DNA of 64,000 bases from Candidatus Bathyarchaeota archaeon (GTDB lineage Archaea; Thermoproteota; Bathyarchaeia; Bathyarchaeales; Bathycorpusculaceae). The number at the start of each line of letters is the position of its first letter. The first letter of the stretch is position 1. A program made the translations under genes and the position numbers. Under the pieces are notes generated by a model. It had not been told where the DNA came from and ran no database searches. It saw nothing but the letters and a program-made list of their open reading frames with translations. Shown one piece after another: positions 18,426 through 27,685 of this stretch. The stretch covers positions 864,001 through 928,000 of the forward strand of contig CAWFFH010000003.1 in NCBI GenBank assembly GCA_963815095.1. Direction: 5' to 3'.

Positions 18426-18453
18426 ACCGTTATGTATTTTTAGGCATATCGTT
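18426..18453. promoter_or_regulatory. ModE-like operator, copy 2, just downstream of a minus-strand TATA-like box
   Basis: ACCGTTATGTA-N6-GGCATATCGTT resembles the ModE box (CGTTATAT...ATATAACG); TTTAATAG on the minus strand at about 18458-18465. Confidence 0.55.
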
Positions 18454-18720
18454 TGAACTATTAAAGTTGTTGGAAAAAACCCTACAAGCATACGAAAAAG
18501 ACTACAACTTAAGCCCCCAACCACAGAACTTACGCCAAAAGAATTACGCTCTCTAAAGAGATTCCCTCATAAAGGTCACTATAAAACGCATAAATGTAGT
18601 CATCTCTTATTCTCTACAAGCCGATTATTCGCTTGACGCGCAGAAGGTATCATATTTACCTTAGAAAAAGAGTTAAACCTAAAAGCTGATTATGGGTAAA
18701 AAAATGATTTAAGAAAAAAA

Positions 18721-19989
18721 CTATTTATGACGTTTTCTACGCAAAACAACTCCGACCAAGGCTAATATTATAACAACTAATACTGCAGCTATTGCGTAGT
18801 AAACAATGTTAGGTATCGCTGAACTTGAATTGTTTGCTGTTTGCCCAATTGCGTAAAAGTTGCCATCATATGAGCCGAAGTAGGCAATTCCGTCAACTAT
18901 AGCAGGCGATGAATAGATGTTGTCACCTGTTTTGAAGCTCCAGATTAAGTCGCCTGTTTGGGCATTAAGAGCATATGTTGTGTTAGCTAAGGTGGAACTA
19001 ACATAGACTCTATCACCTATTATTGCGGGGGCTGAAGTTATTCCTGCATCCGCACTGTAAGTCCATTTTGTAGCGCCAGTAGCTGCATCTAGAGCATAGA
19101 CATTCTTGTCAAAAGCGCCTCCAGTGAAAATTACGCCGCCTGCAAAACCAGGCGAAGCCTGAACGCATTGATCATAACCTGTGGTTTTGCTCCAAACTAA
19201 AGCGCCAGTATCAGCATTTAAGGCATAGGTTTCGTTATCAAAACTTCCAATGTAAACATTGCCATCTGCTACAACTGGGGAGGAAGCCACAACGCTTCCG
19301 GTTGTGAAATTCCATTTCAAAACACCTGTTATAGCATCAACAGCGTAAACTTTGTGGTCGTACGAGCCAAAGTAAACTATGCCATTAGATACAGCTGGAC
19401 CAGAGGTAACATAGCCACCCGTTGTAAAATTCCAAATTGGCATGCCAAGCGCGTCATCAAAAGCGTACAGTTTGCCATCATTTGAACCCGCATACAGTAT
19501 ACCATTTGAAACTGTTGGAATGCCCTCTGCTTCCCCGTCAGTAATGCACTTCCAAAGATACGCACCTGTAGTTGCATTTAACGCGTAAATAGCATGGTCG
19601 TCGGACCCAAAAAATACCATACCGTCAGCAACAGCGGGAGAAGTATAAATTTTAGCGCCAACTGAATAATTCCAGATTTTTGAGCCATCTTTGGCATTCA
19701 ATGCATAAATGTCATTGTTTGAGACGCCGAAGTAGCCTTTGTCAGAAGAAGTAAAGTAAACTATTCCGTTGACGACTGCTGGAGATGATAATACCCAACC
19801 GTTTGTGTTGAAAACCCAAAGAGTTTGGTTAGTGCTGGGTCCCGTGGCGGCCGTGTAGCCTGTGTGGGCTGGATCTGAATGGAACATCGGCCAAGACTCT
19901 GCTTGTTGAGCGTTAACCTCTAATGAAACAGATACTATAACTGAGAGAAACAAAATTGCTAAAGTAATCGCTACCAAAAATTTTTTCAA
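18721..19989 (-). CDS. Secreted, membrane-anchored PQQ-like (BamB-type) beta-propeller repeat protein
   Basis: WPMFH.D..HTG then eight SSP...G.VY.GS.D...YAL.A.TG...W repeats; C-terminal TM + RRKRHK; TTG 19989 after GGTGG. Confidence 0.9.
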   Translation of the reverse strand: MKKFLVAITLAILFLSVIVSVSLEVNAQQAESWPMFHSDPAHTGYTAATGPSTNQTLWVFNTNGWVLSSPAVVNGIVYFTSSDKGYFGVSNNDIYALNAKDGSKIWNYSVGAKIYTSPAVADGMVFFGSDDHAIYALNATTGAYLWKCITDGEAEGIPTVSNGILYAGSNDGKLYAFDDALGMPIWNFTTGGYVTSGPAVSNGIVYFGSYDHKVYAVDAITGVLKWNFTTGSVVASSPVVADGNVYIGSFDNETYALNADTGALVWSKTTGYDQCVQASPGFAGGVIFTGGAFDKNVYALDAATGATKWTYSADAGITSAPAIIGDRVYVSSTLANTTYALNAQTGDLIWSFKTGDNIYSSPAIVDGIAYFGSYDGNFYAIGQTANNSSSAIPNIVYYAIAAVLVVIILALVGVVLRRKRHK

Positions 19990-20173
19990 AATTATCCACC
20001 TTACTCCAGAATAAATAAGTCTTTTAACACTTATATTTTGTCCCTGAAACGTAAGGGTTTCTTTGTTTTTTAATTTTGGTTGTTGGGTAGATGCAATCAC
20101 ATATTTTTAATAAGCCTTCAATCGCTGAGATAATTGTTTTTAACTATCCAGTTTTATGCTGGAGGTGAAATGT

Positions 20174-20344
20174 TTGGCTAAAAAAAATGTTAAAGAAGAC
20201 CTTAAAAGAACAGCTCCACGTGTTACGGTTCCTGAGCCTGAAATGACTAAGGATAAAAAATTCAAATGCCCCATCGATCAGGAAGTTTATGACAATCGTA
20301 AAGATTACGAGTCACACTGCAAAGAAGAACATGATGTTCTATAA
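20174..20344 (+). CDS. Small C2H2-like zinc-finger protein
   Basis: GGAGGTGA RBS then TTG; FKCPID....DNRKDY.SHC.EEH. Confidence 0.65.
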   Translation: MAKKNVKEDLKRTAPRVTVPEPEMTKDKKFKCPIDQEVYDNRKDYESHCKEEHDVL

Positions 20345-20404
20345 AACGGGCAAACTTGTTACTTGTGAAAGGAGAATAGGTAACTGTTGAAGCGTCGAAT
20401 GTTA

Positions 20405-20560
20405 CTATCGGATTGCTTCGTCTATTCTTTGGTCACGTTTTGTTCTTGTGACTTCTTTGAATAGTTCGAGGCATTCTTCTTTTGTTGGCGCTTCGATACC
20501 TATACTGCCATAAGCACCTATGTCGATTCTATATTTTCTTTTGTCGTCATTTTGGCTCAT
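20405..20560 (-). CDS. Small hypothetical protein (51 aa; absent from ORF track)
   Basis: MSQNDDKRKYRIDIGAYGSIGIEAPTKEECLELFKEVTRTKRDQRIDEAIR*, preceded by purine-rich GGGGAGAGGGG. Confidence 0.55.
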   Translation of the reverse strand: MSQNDDKRKYRIDIGAYGSIGIEAPTKEECLELFKEVTRTKRDQRIDEAIR

Positions 20561-20608
20561 ATTAGCCCCTCTCCCCTTTCAATAGAGTTTAATTATCTAT
20601 GTACACTA

Positions 20609-21391
20609 TTATAAGGTTAATCCATGTTCACTGAGTAATTCAAGGCTCTTTTTTGCATTAAAAACAACAAAAACCGAATTCCTCAAGTACCTGCCCATAA
20701 TACCGACCAATCCAGCAGCATTAGTGCCAAGTTTACATGTAAGGGCATGCTCAAACATGCCTAAAGTCTCAACCTCAAACACATCACGATTTAGGCGTGT
20801 CCGTTCAAGAACATTCTCGATCGTTTCCTTTGAGGCGCCCAAAATGATTAATCTGTCCAAAAGCGATTGCTGCCACAAATGAAGTTTCTCAGCTTGTTCT
20901 ACAGTCAACTCCGCCTGCAACTCTTCAACATCCTCAACGATTGCAGAAACTGCTTTGACACTCAACGGCGAGCGTTCAGCAAGTCCAAATATTTCTGCGA
21001 TTTTTTTCAAATCCAGTTTTCGTCCATTCGCCAATTGGGCCTGCAAACAAGACAAAGGCACAATTGCAAAAACTGTTTTAGGCTCAAAAATCCCAACATC
21101 CACAATCAACTCTTGCTTGTTTAAATCAAGTTTGGATATGTATCCCCTTAAAACAGGAAAGTTTTTGGCGTTTTCAAGGCTTGTGGGACAGGTGCCAATT
21201 TCCTTTTTGATATAGCTAGTAGCTATGGGTTCGTCTTCACCTGAAAGTGAAACCTGAACCCATCTGTTTGCTGAGGTGTTCAAAACCTGTACTTCGACAT
21301 CTAAATCTTCAAACTGGGTTCTAAGCAATTCATCTATTTGTTTTACTTGCCCAAGATTCGAAGCCTTAACTAGTAACGTTAACGTGGTCAT
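20609..21391 (-). CDS. DUF2110-family archaeal protein
   Basis: WV.V.L.GEDE..A, VD.G, DV..VE.LG..E....CK.GT.A.G; lies downstream of tfe and the HD gene. Confidence 0.75.
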   Translation of the reverse strand: MTTLTLLVKASNLGQVKQIDELLRTQFEDLDVEVQVLNTSANRWVQVSLSGEDEPIATSYIKKEIGTCPTSLENAKNFPVLRGYISKLDLNKQELIVDVGIFEPKTVFAIVPLSCLQAQLANGRKLDLKKIAEIFGLAERSPLSVKAVSAIVEDVEELQAELTVEQAEKLHLWQQSLLDRLIILGASKETIENVLERTRLNRDVFEVETLGMFEHALTCKLGTNAAGLVGIMGRYLRNSVFVVFNAKKSLELLSEHGLTL

Positions 21392-21920
21392 GGTTTATGC
21401 CTAGTAAACTGGTTATTTCATCATACAGCCTTCTAACTCTTTCTGCAGCATCCACCTTATTTTCCTTTTCAAGCCGCTCAATCTCCTTTTCTATAGGGAC
21501 TCTTTTGGACCGGTCAATTAGTTTATCCGAGTAAGAAACAATTTTCTCTTCCAGAGTTTGAGGCACGTAGACGTCTATGGGCCAACCAAACTTAGCCGCT
21601 TCTTCTGGCGTGATTCCTGCACCAACATGCCGCTTAATTATCCTAATTACCAAATCAGGCAAACCCATGGATTGCCCTATTTGGGCACCGACTATTCCGT
21701 GATCGACCGTGTGGTTTTTTGAGCGACCAATGTCATGCAAAAGAGCACCTGCCTCCACAAGCTCAACGTTAATCTTAAGTCCATTCTTCTGAAGTTTATT
21801 TGCAGTTTCAACAGCTAAGTCTGCGACACCTATACAATGGTTAATGACATTGGGTGGACAATTGTTTTTGCGAAGGAGTTCAATAGCTTGCTCCCTATTC
21901 GGAAGCCCACTATTCACCAA
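21366..21920 (-). CDS. HD-domain metal-dependent phosphohydrolase (TIGR00295-like)
   Basis: H...V, GALLHDIGRS, HG..G, RHVGAG, P.TLEEKIV.Y.D. Confidence 0.9.
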   Translation of the reverse strand: MVNSGLPNREQAIELLRKNNCPPNVINHCIGVADLAVETANKLQKNGLKINVELVEAGALLHDIGRSKNHTVDHGIVGAQIGQSMGLPDLVIRIIKRHVGAGITPEEAAKFGWPIDVYVPQTLEEKIVSYSDKLIDRSKRVPIEKEIERLEKENKVDAAERVRRLYDEITSLLGINHDHVNVTS

Positions 21921-22422
21921 GTTCCTTCCTTAAGATCTCAACTTTCTCAGAAAGTTTATCAATCATTCGCTCGTTTGCAAAATGCACCAGGTTTTTGCCG
22001 CATGTGGAACAGTGAAAAACCAATTCAACCGCTTCTTCAAAGGGAACCCGTTTGCATTCGGGGCTATCACAGTAGTAGAAATCATGGTTTTTTTCGTATT
22101 CTAACCTGACATTGAGTTTTTCTAAAACACGCCTTTTCTGACTTAAAATAAAACCTTCCAACTGGTCGGGTTGAAGTTTCCAGTGAAAAATAAACCATCC
22201 AGTTTTTGGATCTCGAGTCCTTCTTAGGCTTACAAGAGAGTGATCATAGAGTTTGTAGAGGATTTTGCGGACTGAATTGAGGCGGATACCTGTTTTATTC
22301 GCGATTTCATCATCCGTTATCTCTTCCACGCCTTTTAAGTGAGCTATAAGTTGAACTGCTTCTTCTCCCCCTAACGCCAATGCTACTTTCGTTAGGGTTG
22401 AATCATCAATAGTCGATAACAT
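21910..22422 (-). CDS. tfe: Transcription factor E alpha
   Basis: TDDEIA..TG...N.VRK.LY.L, R.RD..TGW..F.W, Zn ribbon with F.C..CG. Confidence 0.95.
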   Translation of the reverse strand: MLSTIDDSTLTKVALALGGEEAVQLIAHLKGVEEITDDEIANKTGIRLNSVRKILYKLYDHSLVSLRRTRDPKTGWFIFHWKLQPDQLEGFILSQKRRVLEKLNVRLEYEKNHDFYYCDSPECKRVPFEEAVELVFHCSTCGKNLVHFANERMIDKLSEKVEILRKELGE

Positions 22423-22488
22423 ACTCTAATGTTCCTTTTGAATACCCTAATAATTGAAACTTGAGGTAATAAAACCCTTCCCAAAACA

Positions 22489-23085
22489 TTAAGGAAAATC
22501 AATGTCGTTCTCATGACTTCTGATTTCTTTACCCCTCGCTTTAGGGACAATTTCAATTTTAGCTTTCTCGAAAGGTTTACCTAATTCTTTGCCTCCAAAG
22601 TAACGGTCCAAAAAAATAGCAAGAGAAGAACACTCCGAATGCGGCTGATTCCCAACAGCTACGTTAAAGTCTGAGACTTCATTTGAATAAAACTCTCCCG
22701 GAACCTTCTGACTACCGACAAGAAGCATCACACATTTGTTGACTGCCTTTATTCGGTTCATAACGTCGCTTGTTTGGATGTTTTCACCGTAAGCAGTTAA
22801 ATGCACAATGATGCCGCCTTTAGTTTTCCATTCGCGGACGGCTCTTTTCCAAGGGGTTCCCATTTCAAAGCGAAAGTTTCCTCCCCAGGCTTTAGTGATT
22901 TTAGTTACGGTTTCTTCAATGTGTGAATCAAGTGTATCTGAGAGTATGAAACCTGAAGCACAAAGAGCCCTCGCCGTTAAAGCAACATGTGTTGTTAACC
23001 TTACGTCACGTTGCGGTCTATGTCCCCAGCGCAGCACAAAAATCTGGGGTGCGTCAATTGGTTGGGATGATTTGGAATTTTCCAT
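22489..23085 (-). CDS. trm56: tRNA (cytidine-56)-2'-O-methyltransferase
   Basis: LRWGHRP.RD.R.TTHV.LTARAL, VHLT.YG, VG..KVP, NQPHSE. Confidence 0.95.
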   Translation of the reverse strand: MENSKSSQPIDAPQIFVLRWGHRPQRDVRLTTHVALTARALCASGFILSDTLDSHIEETVTKITKAWGGNFRFEMGTPWKRAVREWKTKGGIIVHLTAYGENIQTSDVMNRIKAVNKCVMLLVGSQKVPGEFYSNEVSDFNVAVGNQPHSECSSLAIFLDRYFGGKELGKPFEKAKIEIVPKARGKEIRSHENDIDFP

Positions 23086-24296
23086 TTAAGTCTTCCACTT
23101 TTCTTCTTACTTGGTCAATCAATGCTGGGGCAGATTCGAAAATCACTTCAACTGTCTCATTGGTGAAGGTTTCTTTTTCGATATGTGTTTTTTGATGAAC
23201 CCACGAAATAAATGGCATAGCTTTACCTGTTAAGGGGACAGAAAACTGGGCTCGCTGAAAGTTTTCTAGGATTCGCAAGATTTGTTTTCGCAGTTCGTCA
23301 AGGTTTGTTTTGCACTTTGCGGATAATAGGATCGGATTTTTGACTTTGTCTTTTAGAGCTTCGAGTTTTTGCTGCATTTCTTCTTCGGTCAACTTGTCAA
23401 TCTTGTTTAGAGCAGTAATAGTTGGAATGCCACATGCTCCAAGCCGCTCGATTGTGTCTAAGCAAACGTTGTTTTTATTCTCGATTGTTTCAAGGGGCTC
23501 GTTTAAGTCTATAAGTATTATAATCAAATCGGAAAAGATGGTTTCTTCAAGTGTTGAATGGAAAGCTTCAATCAACGATATAGGTAAACGGTCAATGAAG
23601 CCCACGGTATCAGTTATGAGGAATTTGCGGTTCGAAAACTCTACCATACGTGTCGTGGTCGAAAGCGTAGTAAATAATGCATTATCCACTTCAACGGTGT
23701 CCTGCGTTAATGCATTGAAGAGGGAGCTTTTTCCAGAATTTGTGTATCCTGCAAGCGAAACAGTGAGAAAACCCAGCTCCGTCCTCCTTTCACGTTGAAG
23801 AACCCTTTTTTCCCGCACGTGCTCGAGTTTTTTGAGGATAGTTTGAACTTGCCTTTTGATGGCGTCACGATAAACATCTGCTTCGTAAGCGCCAAGACCC
23901 ATAAACCCAGGTTGCTCACTTCCTTTGGAAAGTCGCACTTTTTCTCTTGCGTGTTTGAGTTCGTTTCGTACTATGGCAAGCTGAATTTGTAGCTGAGCTT
24001 CAGTTGTAGTGGCTCGTTTCGTAAAGATTTCTAAGTATGAGTTGGAAGCGATCTATGACCTCAACTTTTGTTGCTTTTGCAAGGTTGTAGACTTGAGTTG
24101 TGCGTAGTTGGTTGTCAAAAATTACTTTGCTCGCATCCGTTTCCTGAACCATTCGAGCAAGTTCCTCGACTTTTCCCGCGCCAATCTGGTAGCGTGAGTC
24201 AGGCGGACGGGTTTGCTCCATTGAGCCTACAACCGTGTATCCTGCAGCTTGCGCTAATGCTTTGAGTTCCTCTAAGGTTGATTCTTCACGGTTCAA
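23054..24296 (-). pseudogene. hflX: GTPase HflX split by a single-base frameshift near 24034
   Basis: N-terminal ORF (IG.GK..E, VIDRFQLIL) continues as EIFTKRATTTEAQLQIQLA in another frame into GYTNSGKS, LFTTLS, DTVGF, NKID. Confidence 0.85.
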
Positions 24297-24307
24297 CCTG
24301 CGCTGAG

Positions 24308-24877
24308 CTATGATGGCTTTCGTTTTATGGGCGCCTCCCCGCTTTTCTCATCAAACTCGACGAGGTCCCCTAAAGTCATCTCTTCACTCGCTACTCTACC
24401 GATATGGGCGTTTGCTTTTTCTTCAGCGATAGGAACCATCAATTGAATTCTCAGAGCATGCTCCAATTTAGAAGCTAATTGGTTATTGGGTCCCACTTTG
24501 CCAGTTTCGATATGTCTGAGCAATGAGGCTTTTTCGTTAATTTTTTTGCCCAAATCCTCATGGCTTAAAGCAAGTTTTTCTCTTGCAACTCTAATTTTGC
24601 CTGCGTACCCTTCGACGAGCTCTGTGGTTAATTGTACTTGGGCAACTGGTGGTTTTCTTTGGATAACTGGTAAATGCACGTACGATTTGGTGGAGGATGA
24701 GGCTGCCGATGGGTGCACAGTTTGAGATTTCGGCGGAGCAAACGGTAGGTCATGTTCTTCGTGGATAATTACTCTTCCATGTTTGGAGCATTCTAAACAT
24801 ACGGTTAGTTTGGCTCCTTCAATAACTGCCCGAACTGGTTCATCATGGATTTTGCGTCCACAAACTTCACATCTCAA
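24308..24877 (-). CDS. mbf1: Archaeal multiprotein bridging factor 1
   Basis: CEVCG...IEGA.L.VC..C Zn ribbon, then HTH IR.ARE...LS..DL...INEK.S....IE.G, TLGD; TTG 24877 after GGTGA. Confidence 0.92.
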   Translation of the reverse strand: MRCEVCGRKIHDEPVRAVIEGAKLTVCLECSKHGRVIIHEEHDLPFAPPKSQTVHPSAASSSTKSYVHLPVIQRKPPVAQVQLTTELVEGYAGKIRVAREKLALSHEDLGKKINEKASLLRHIETGKVGPNNQLASKLEHALRIQLMVPIAEEKANAHIGRVASEEMTLGDLVEFDEKSGEAPIKRKPS

Positions 24878-24958
24878 GAAACATTCACCTTTCACTGTGT
24901 TTATTATGTTGTTGTGTTTATACTTGTCGAAACGACACACCCCAAACGATGATGACGC

Positions 24959-25426
24959 ATGGAAAACAACCTGAGCAAAATTAGGAGTATTGCTGATTAC
25001 CAATTCGGCAAAGGCGTAGGCGCACTACTATTTCCGGATAACATCGAAATCCAGTATTCTCCGCGGACAGGCAGAATACGATACATTAACTTAAACGGCG
25101 AACGATTGGCCACCCTACGTCCAACGGATGGTGTGCTTTCCTTGAGCCTTAAAGCCGCCCAATTTATGGCTAAGAGTACACCTTTTGCTAAATGTTTCGT
25201 AACCGTACAAAACGAGGTTTCCAAGTTCATTGCCGCTGGAGGAGATGTTTTTGCAGTCCACGTCGTTAAAGTCGATGCGGAAGTTGGCGCCAAAGATGAG
25301 GTCATTACACTTGACGAAGATGGGCAAGTTCTGGCCGTTGGACGCACAGTTCTATCCAGTGATGAAATCAAAGCTTTCAAAACCGGCGTAGCTGTCAAGG
25401 TCAGACACGGCACTCAAGAAAGTTAA
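24959..25426 (+). CDS. PUA-domain protein (archaeosine TGT C-terminal-like)
   Basis: ADYQFG, S..TGRIR, TLR..DG...L, G.DVFA.HV, GVAVKVR. Confidence 0.85.
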   Translation: MENNLSKIRSIADYQFGKGVGALLFPDNIEIQYSPRTGRIRYINLNGERLATLRPTDGVLSLSLKAAQFMAKSTPFAKCFVTVQNEVSKFIAAGGDVFAVHVVKVDAEVGAKDEVITLDEDGQVLAVGRTVLSSDEIKAFKTGVAVKVRHGTQES

Positions 25427-25468
25427 GTATATCAAGTTCTAGCGCAGAATACTTGTTGGTGCAACTAT

Positions 25469-25834
25469 ATGAATAGACACATGAATCCTCGAGAGCAAAA
25501 ACGCATGATGCAACGCATGGGAATGAACATGGACTCAGTCCCCGACGTTCAACAAGTCATCATCCGAACCAACACCAAAGACATCGTTATCGATGAACCT
25601 GAAGTGGCGATTTTGCAGGTTCAGGGACAAAAAATGTACCAAATCATAGGCGGCCAAGTCAGCGAACAAGCACCCTCACAGCGAGACGCAACTGCAGCTA
25701 CGGCACCAATGTTTTCCCAAGAAGACGTACAGTTAGTGTCTGACCAAACAGGCAAGAGCTTAGAAAAAGCAAAAGAAGCACTCCAAGAATGTGGCGGCGA
25801 CCTAGCAAAAGCCATTTTGCTGCTTCAATCTTAA
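25469..25834 (+). CDS. nac: Nascent polypeptide-associated complex protein
   Basis: MNPR...RMM..MG, V.QVII, GQK.YQI.G, C-terminal UBA-like EDV.LV..Q....E.A..AL....GDLA.AI. Confidence 0.95.
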   Translation: MNRHMNPREQKRMMQRMGMNMDSVPDVQQVIIRTNTKDIVIDEPEVAILQVQGQKMYQIIGGQVSEQAPSQRDATAATAPMFSQEDVQLVSDQTGKSLEKAKEALQECGGDLAKAILLLQS

Positions 25835-25923
25835 TCACTTTTCTATATATTTTAATTTTATTTTAATCTAAGAAGTCAAAATTGGATCTTATCTGTAACA
25901 AATTAAGGGGCAAAAACATTATG

Positions 25924-26166
25924 TTAAGCGACTTTAGCCGTGCGCTAACATCCAATAGGACGCAAAAGCCTTCCGAAACGTCTTATTTGCGTTAGCAGCC
26001 AAACTCGCTCAACAATTGTTGGCTCTTTAGCTTTCCTTGTTTTATTATGTTAGGTTCGTTAATAATATAAAATGATGTTGTCACAACTATGAACCAACAA
26101 TTGTCAAGGCTATTGCTTTAACCAAACCTTCACTTGCCCTTAGGCGTCGGTTGGGTGCTGAGGTTT
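25924..26166. other. Non-coding element of three consecutive imperfect hairpins
   Basis: Nested inverted repeats 25924-26012; perfect 11-bp IR ACAATTGTTGG/CCAACAATTGT at 26012-26104; AAACCTT...GAGGTTT stem 26124-26166. Confidence 0.45.
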
Positions 26167-26326
26167 AGAAATTTTATATTCAATATTAAATCGTGGTTGT
26201 ATCCCGATCTTTAATTTTCATGGAAGAATACCGTAGGGGCCATATTACCGAAAAAGCAGCGCGTTAACCTGTCTAAAATTTAGTTACAATAAGAGAGGAA
26301 AATAGGTCTCTTTGTGAGAAGCCTAC

Positions 26327-27673
26327 TTATCGCAGTTTCATTAGCACCATTTCAGCCGCGAGTACCATGGGTTCCCATGTTTCGCAGAGCGGGGGCGCAT
26401 ATGCTGTATCAGCTTTGGCTAATTCGCGTACAGTCATGCCTTTTTGAATGGCAAAGCTCAGGCAGTTTATGCGTTGGGTAACTTCTTCTCCGCCTATGAC
26501 TTGTCCGCCGATGATGCGTTGAGATTCTTTTTCTACGACGAGTTTGATTTTTATGGGTTTGGCGCCTGGGAAGTAGTCTGCTTTGGTTTTGCTACTTATT
26601 GCCCCTGTTACAACTTCAATGCGGTTGCGTGCTGCGGCTGTTTCAGTTAAGCCAGTATTACCCGCTTGAATCTCAAACAGCATTGTTACCGCAGAAGCCA
26701 AAACGCCGCTAAACTGCGAGTAATCGCCTCCAGCATTTGCACCTGCCACTTTACCCTGGCGGACTGCAATGGTTCCGAGTTGGGCACAGGTGGGTTTGTG
26801 GGTGATAATGTTTGGAGCTTCAGCACAGTCGCCCACAGCATAAATGTCTTTTATGTCGGTTTCCATTCTGCCGTTAGTTTTAATCGCGCGGGTTTCGCCT
26901 AAAGGTATACCTGCGTCAGCGGCAAGCTTCGTGTTGGCGCGTACACCGAAGGCACTTATGAATAAGTCAGCCTCAATTTTTTCGCCACCTGCCATAACCG
27001 CAGTTACTTTTTCTTCGCCTAGGAATTCTTCGACACCCTTGCTGGTGAGGATAATCATGCCTTTTTCTTGCAGGTGCTCTTGGACCATCTTTGCCATATC
27101 CGCGTCGAGTAACTGAGGCAAAATCTGCGGCAACATTTCAACGATGGTAACTTTAAGTCCTCTCTCCATTAAGCCAACGCCGACTTCCAAACCGATTAAG
27201 CCTGCACCCATGATTACGGCTGATTTTGCGCCTGCTTTAACAGCTGCATCAATTTTTTCGCCATCTTCTATGCCCCGGAGAGATAAAATTCCTGGCTTTT
27301 CTTTGCCTTTAATTGGCGGCATAAAGGAGTCTGCACCCGTAGCAATTACAAGGCTGTCGAAAGTCAACACTTCAGTTGATCCTTCCTTAGTGGCTACAGT
27401 TACGGTTTTCTCTTTGGTGTTAATTGCTGTAGCTTTAGTTTCGTTGCGCAAGTTGAGTTTGAGCATTTGGAAGTATGCTGGTGGGTAAACAATTAGGTCT
27501 TTAAAATTTGCAATCTGTCCGCCAATCACGAAGGGCAAACCGCATCGGGAGTAGCCTGCGTTTTTCTCGCTAGTTATGAGGGTGATTTCTGCGGTTCGGT
27601 CTTTTTTGCGTGCGGCTGAGGCTGCTTCTACGCCTGCAGCGTTAGCGCCTATAACGATTACGCGTCGCGCCAT
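26327..27673 (-). CDS. CoA-disulfide reductase / NADH oxidase family flavoprotein
   Basis: IGA.AAG FAD motif, single redox Cys in YSRCGLP, ATG, G.G.IG.E, YAVGD, YAPP. Confidence 0.9.
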   Translation of the reverse strand: MARRVIVIGANAAGVEAASAARKKDRTAEITLITSEKNAGYSRCGLPFVIGGQIANFKDLIVYPPAYFQMLKLNLRNETKATAINTKEKTVTVATKEGSTEVLTFDSLVIATGADSFMPPIKGKEKPGILSLRGIEDGEKIDAAVKAGAKSAVIMGAGLIGLEVGVGLMERGLKVTIVEMLPQILPQLLDADMAKMVQEHLQEKGMIILTSKGVEEFLGEEKVTAVMAGGEKIEADLFISAFGVRANTKLAADAGIPLGETRAIKTNGRMETDIKDIYAVGDCAEAPNIITHKPTCAQLGTIAVRQGKVAGANAGGDYSQFSGVLASAVTMLFEIQAGNTGLTETAAARNRIEVVTGAISSKTKADYFPGAKPIKIKLVVEKESQRIIGGQVIGGEEVTQRINCLSFAIQKGMTVRELAKADTAYAPPLCETWEPMVLAAEMVLMKLR

Positions 27674-27685
27674 CTATTTCGCCTC

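Noticed and set aside
18721-19989. Regularly spaced repeats that might suggest a CRISPR or DNA repeat array
   Set aside because: They are degenerate coding repeats of a PQQ-like beta-propeller; no identical direct repeats with spacers anywhere in the window
25955-26010. GGACGCAAAAGCC...GTCTTA...GCAGCC resembling a c-di-GMP-I (GEMM) riboswitch
   Set aside because: The GGCAAA/GNRA P2 element is missing, and the site lies between gene 3' ends, not in a leader
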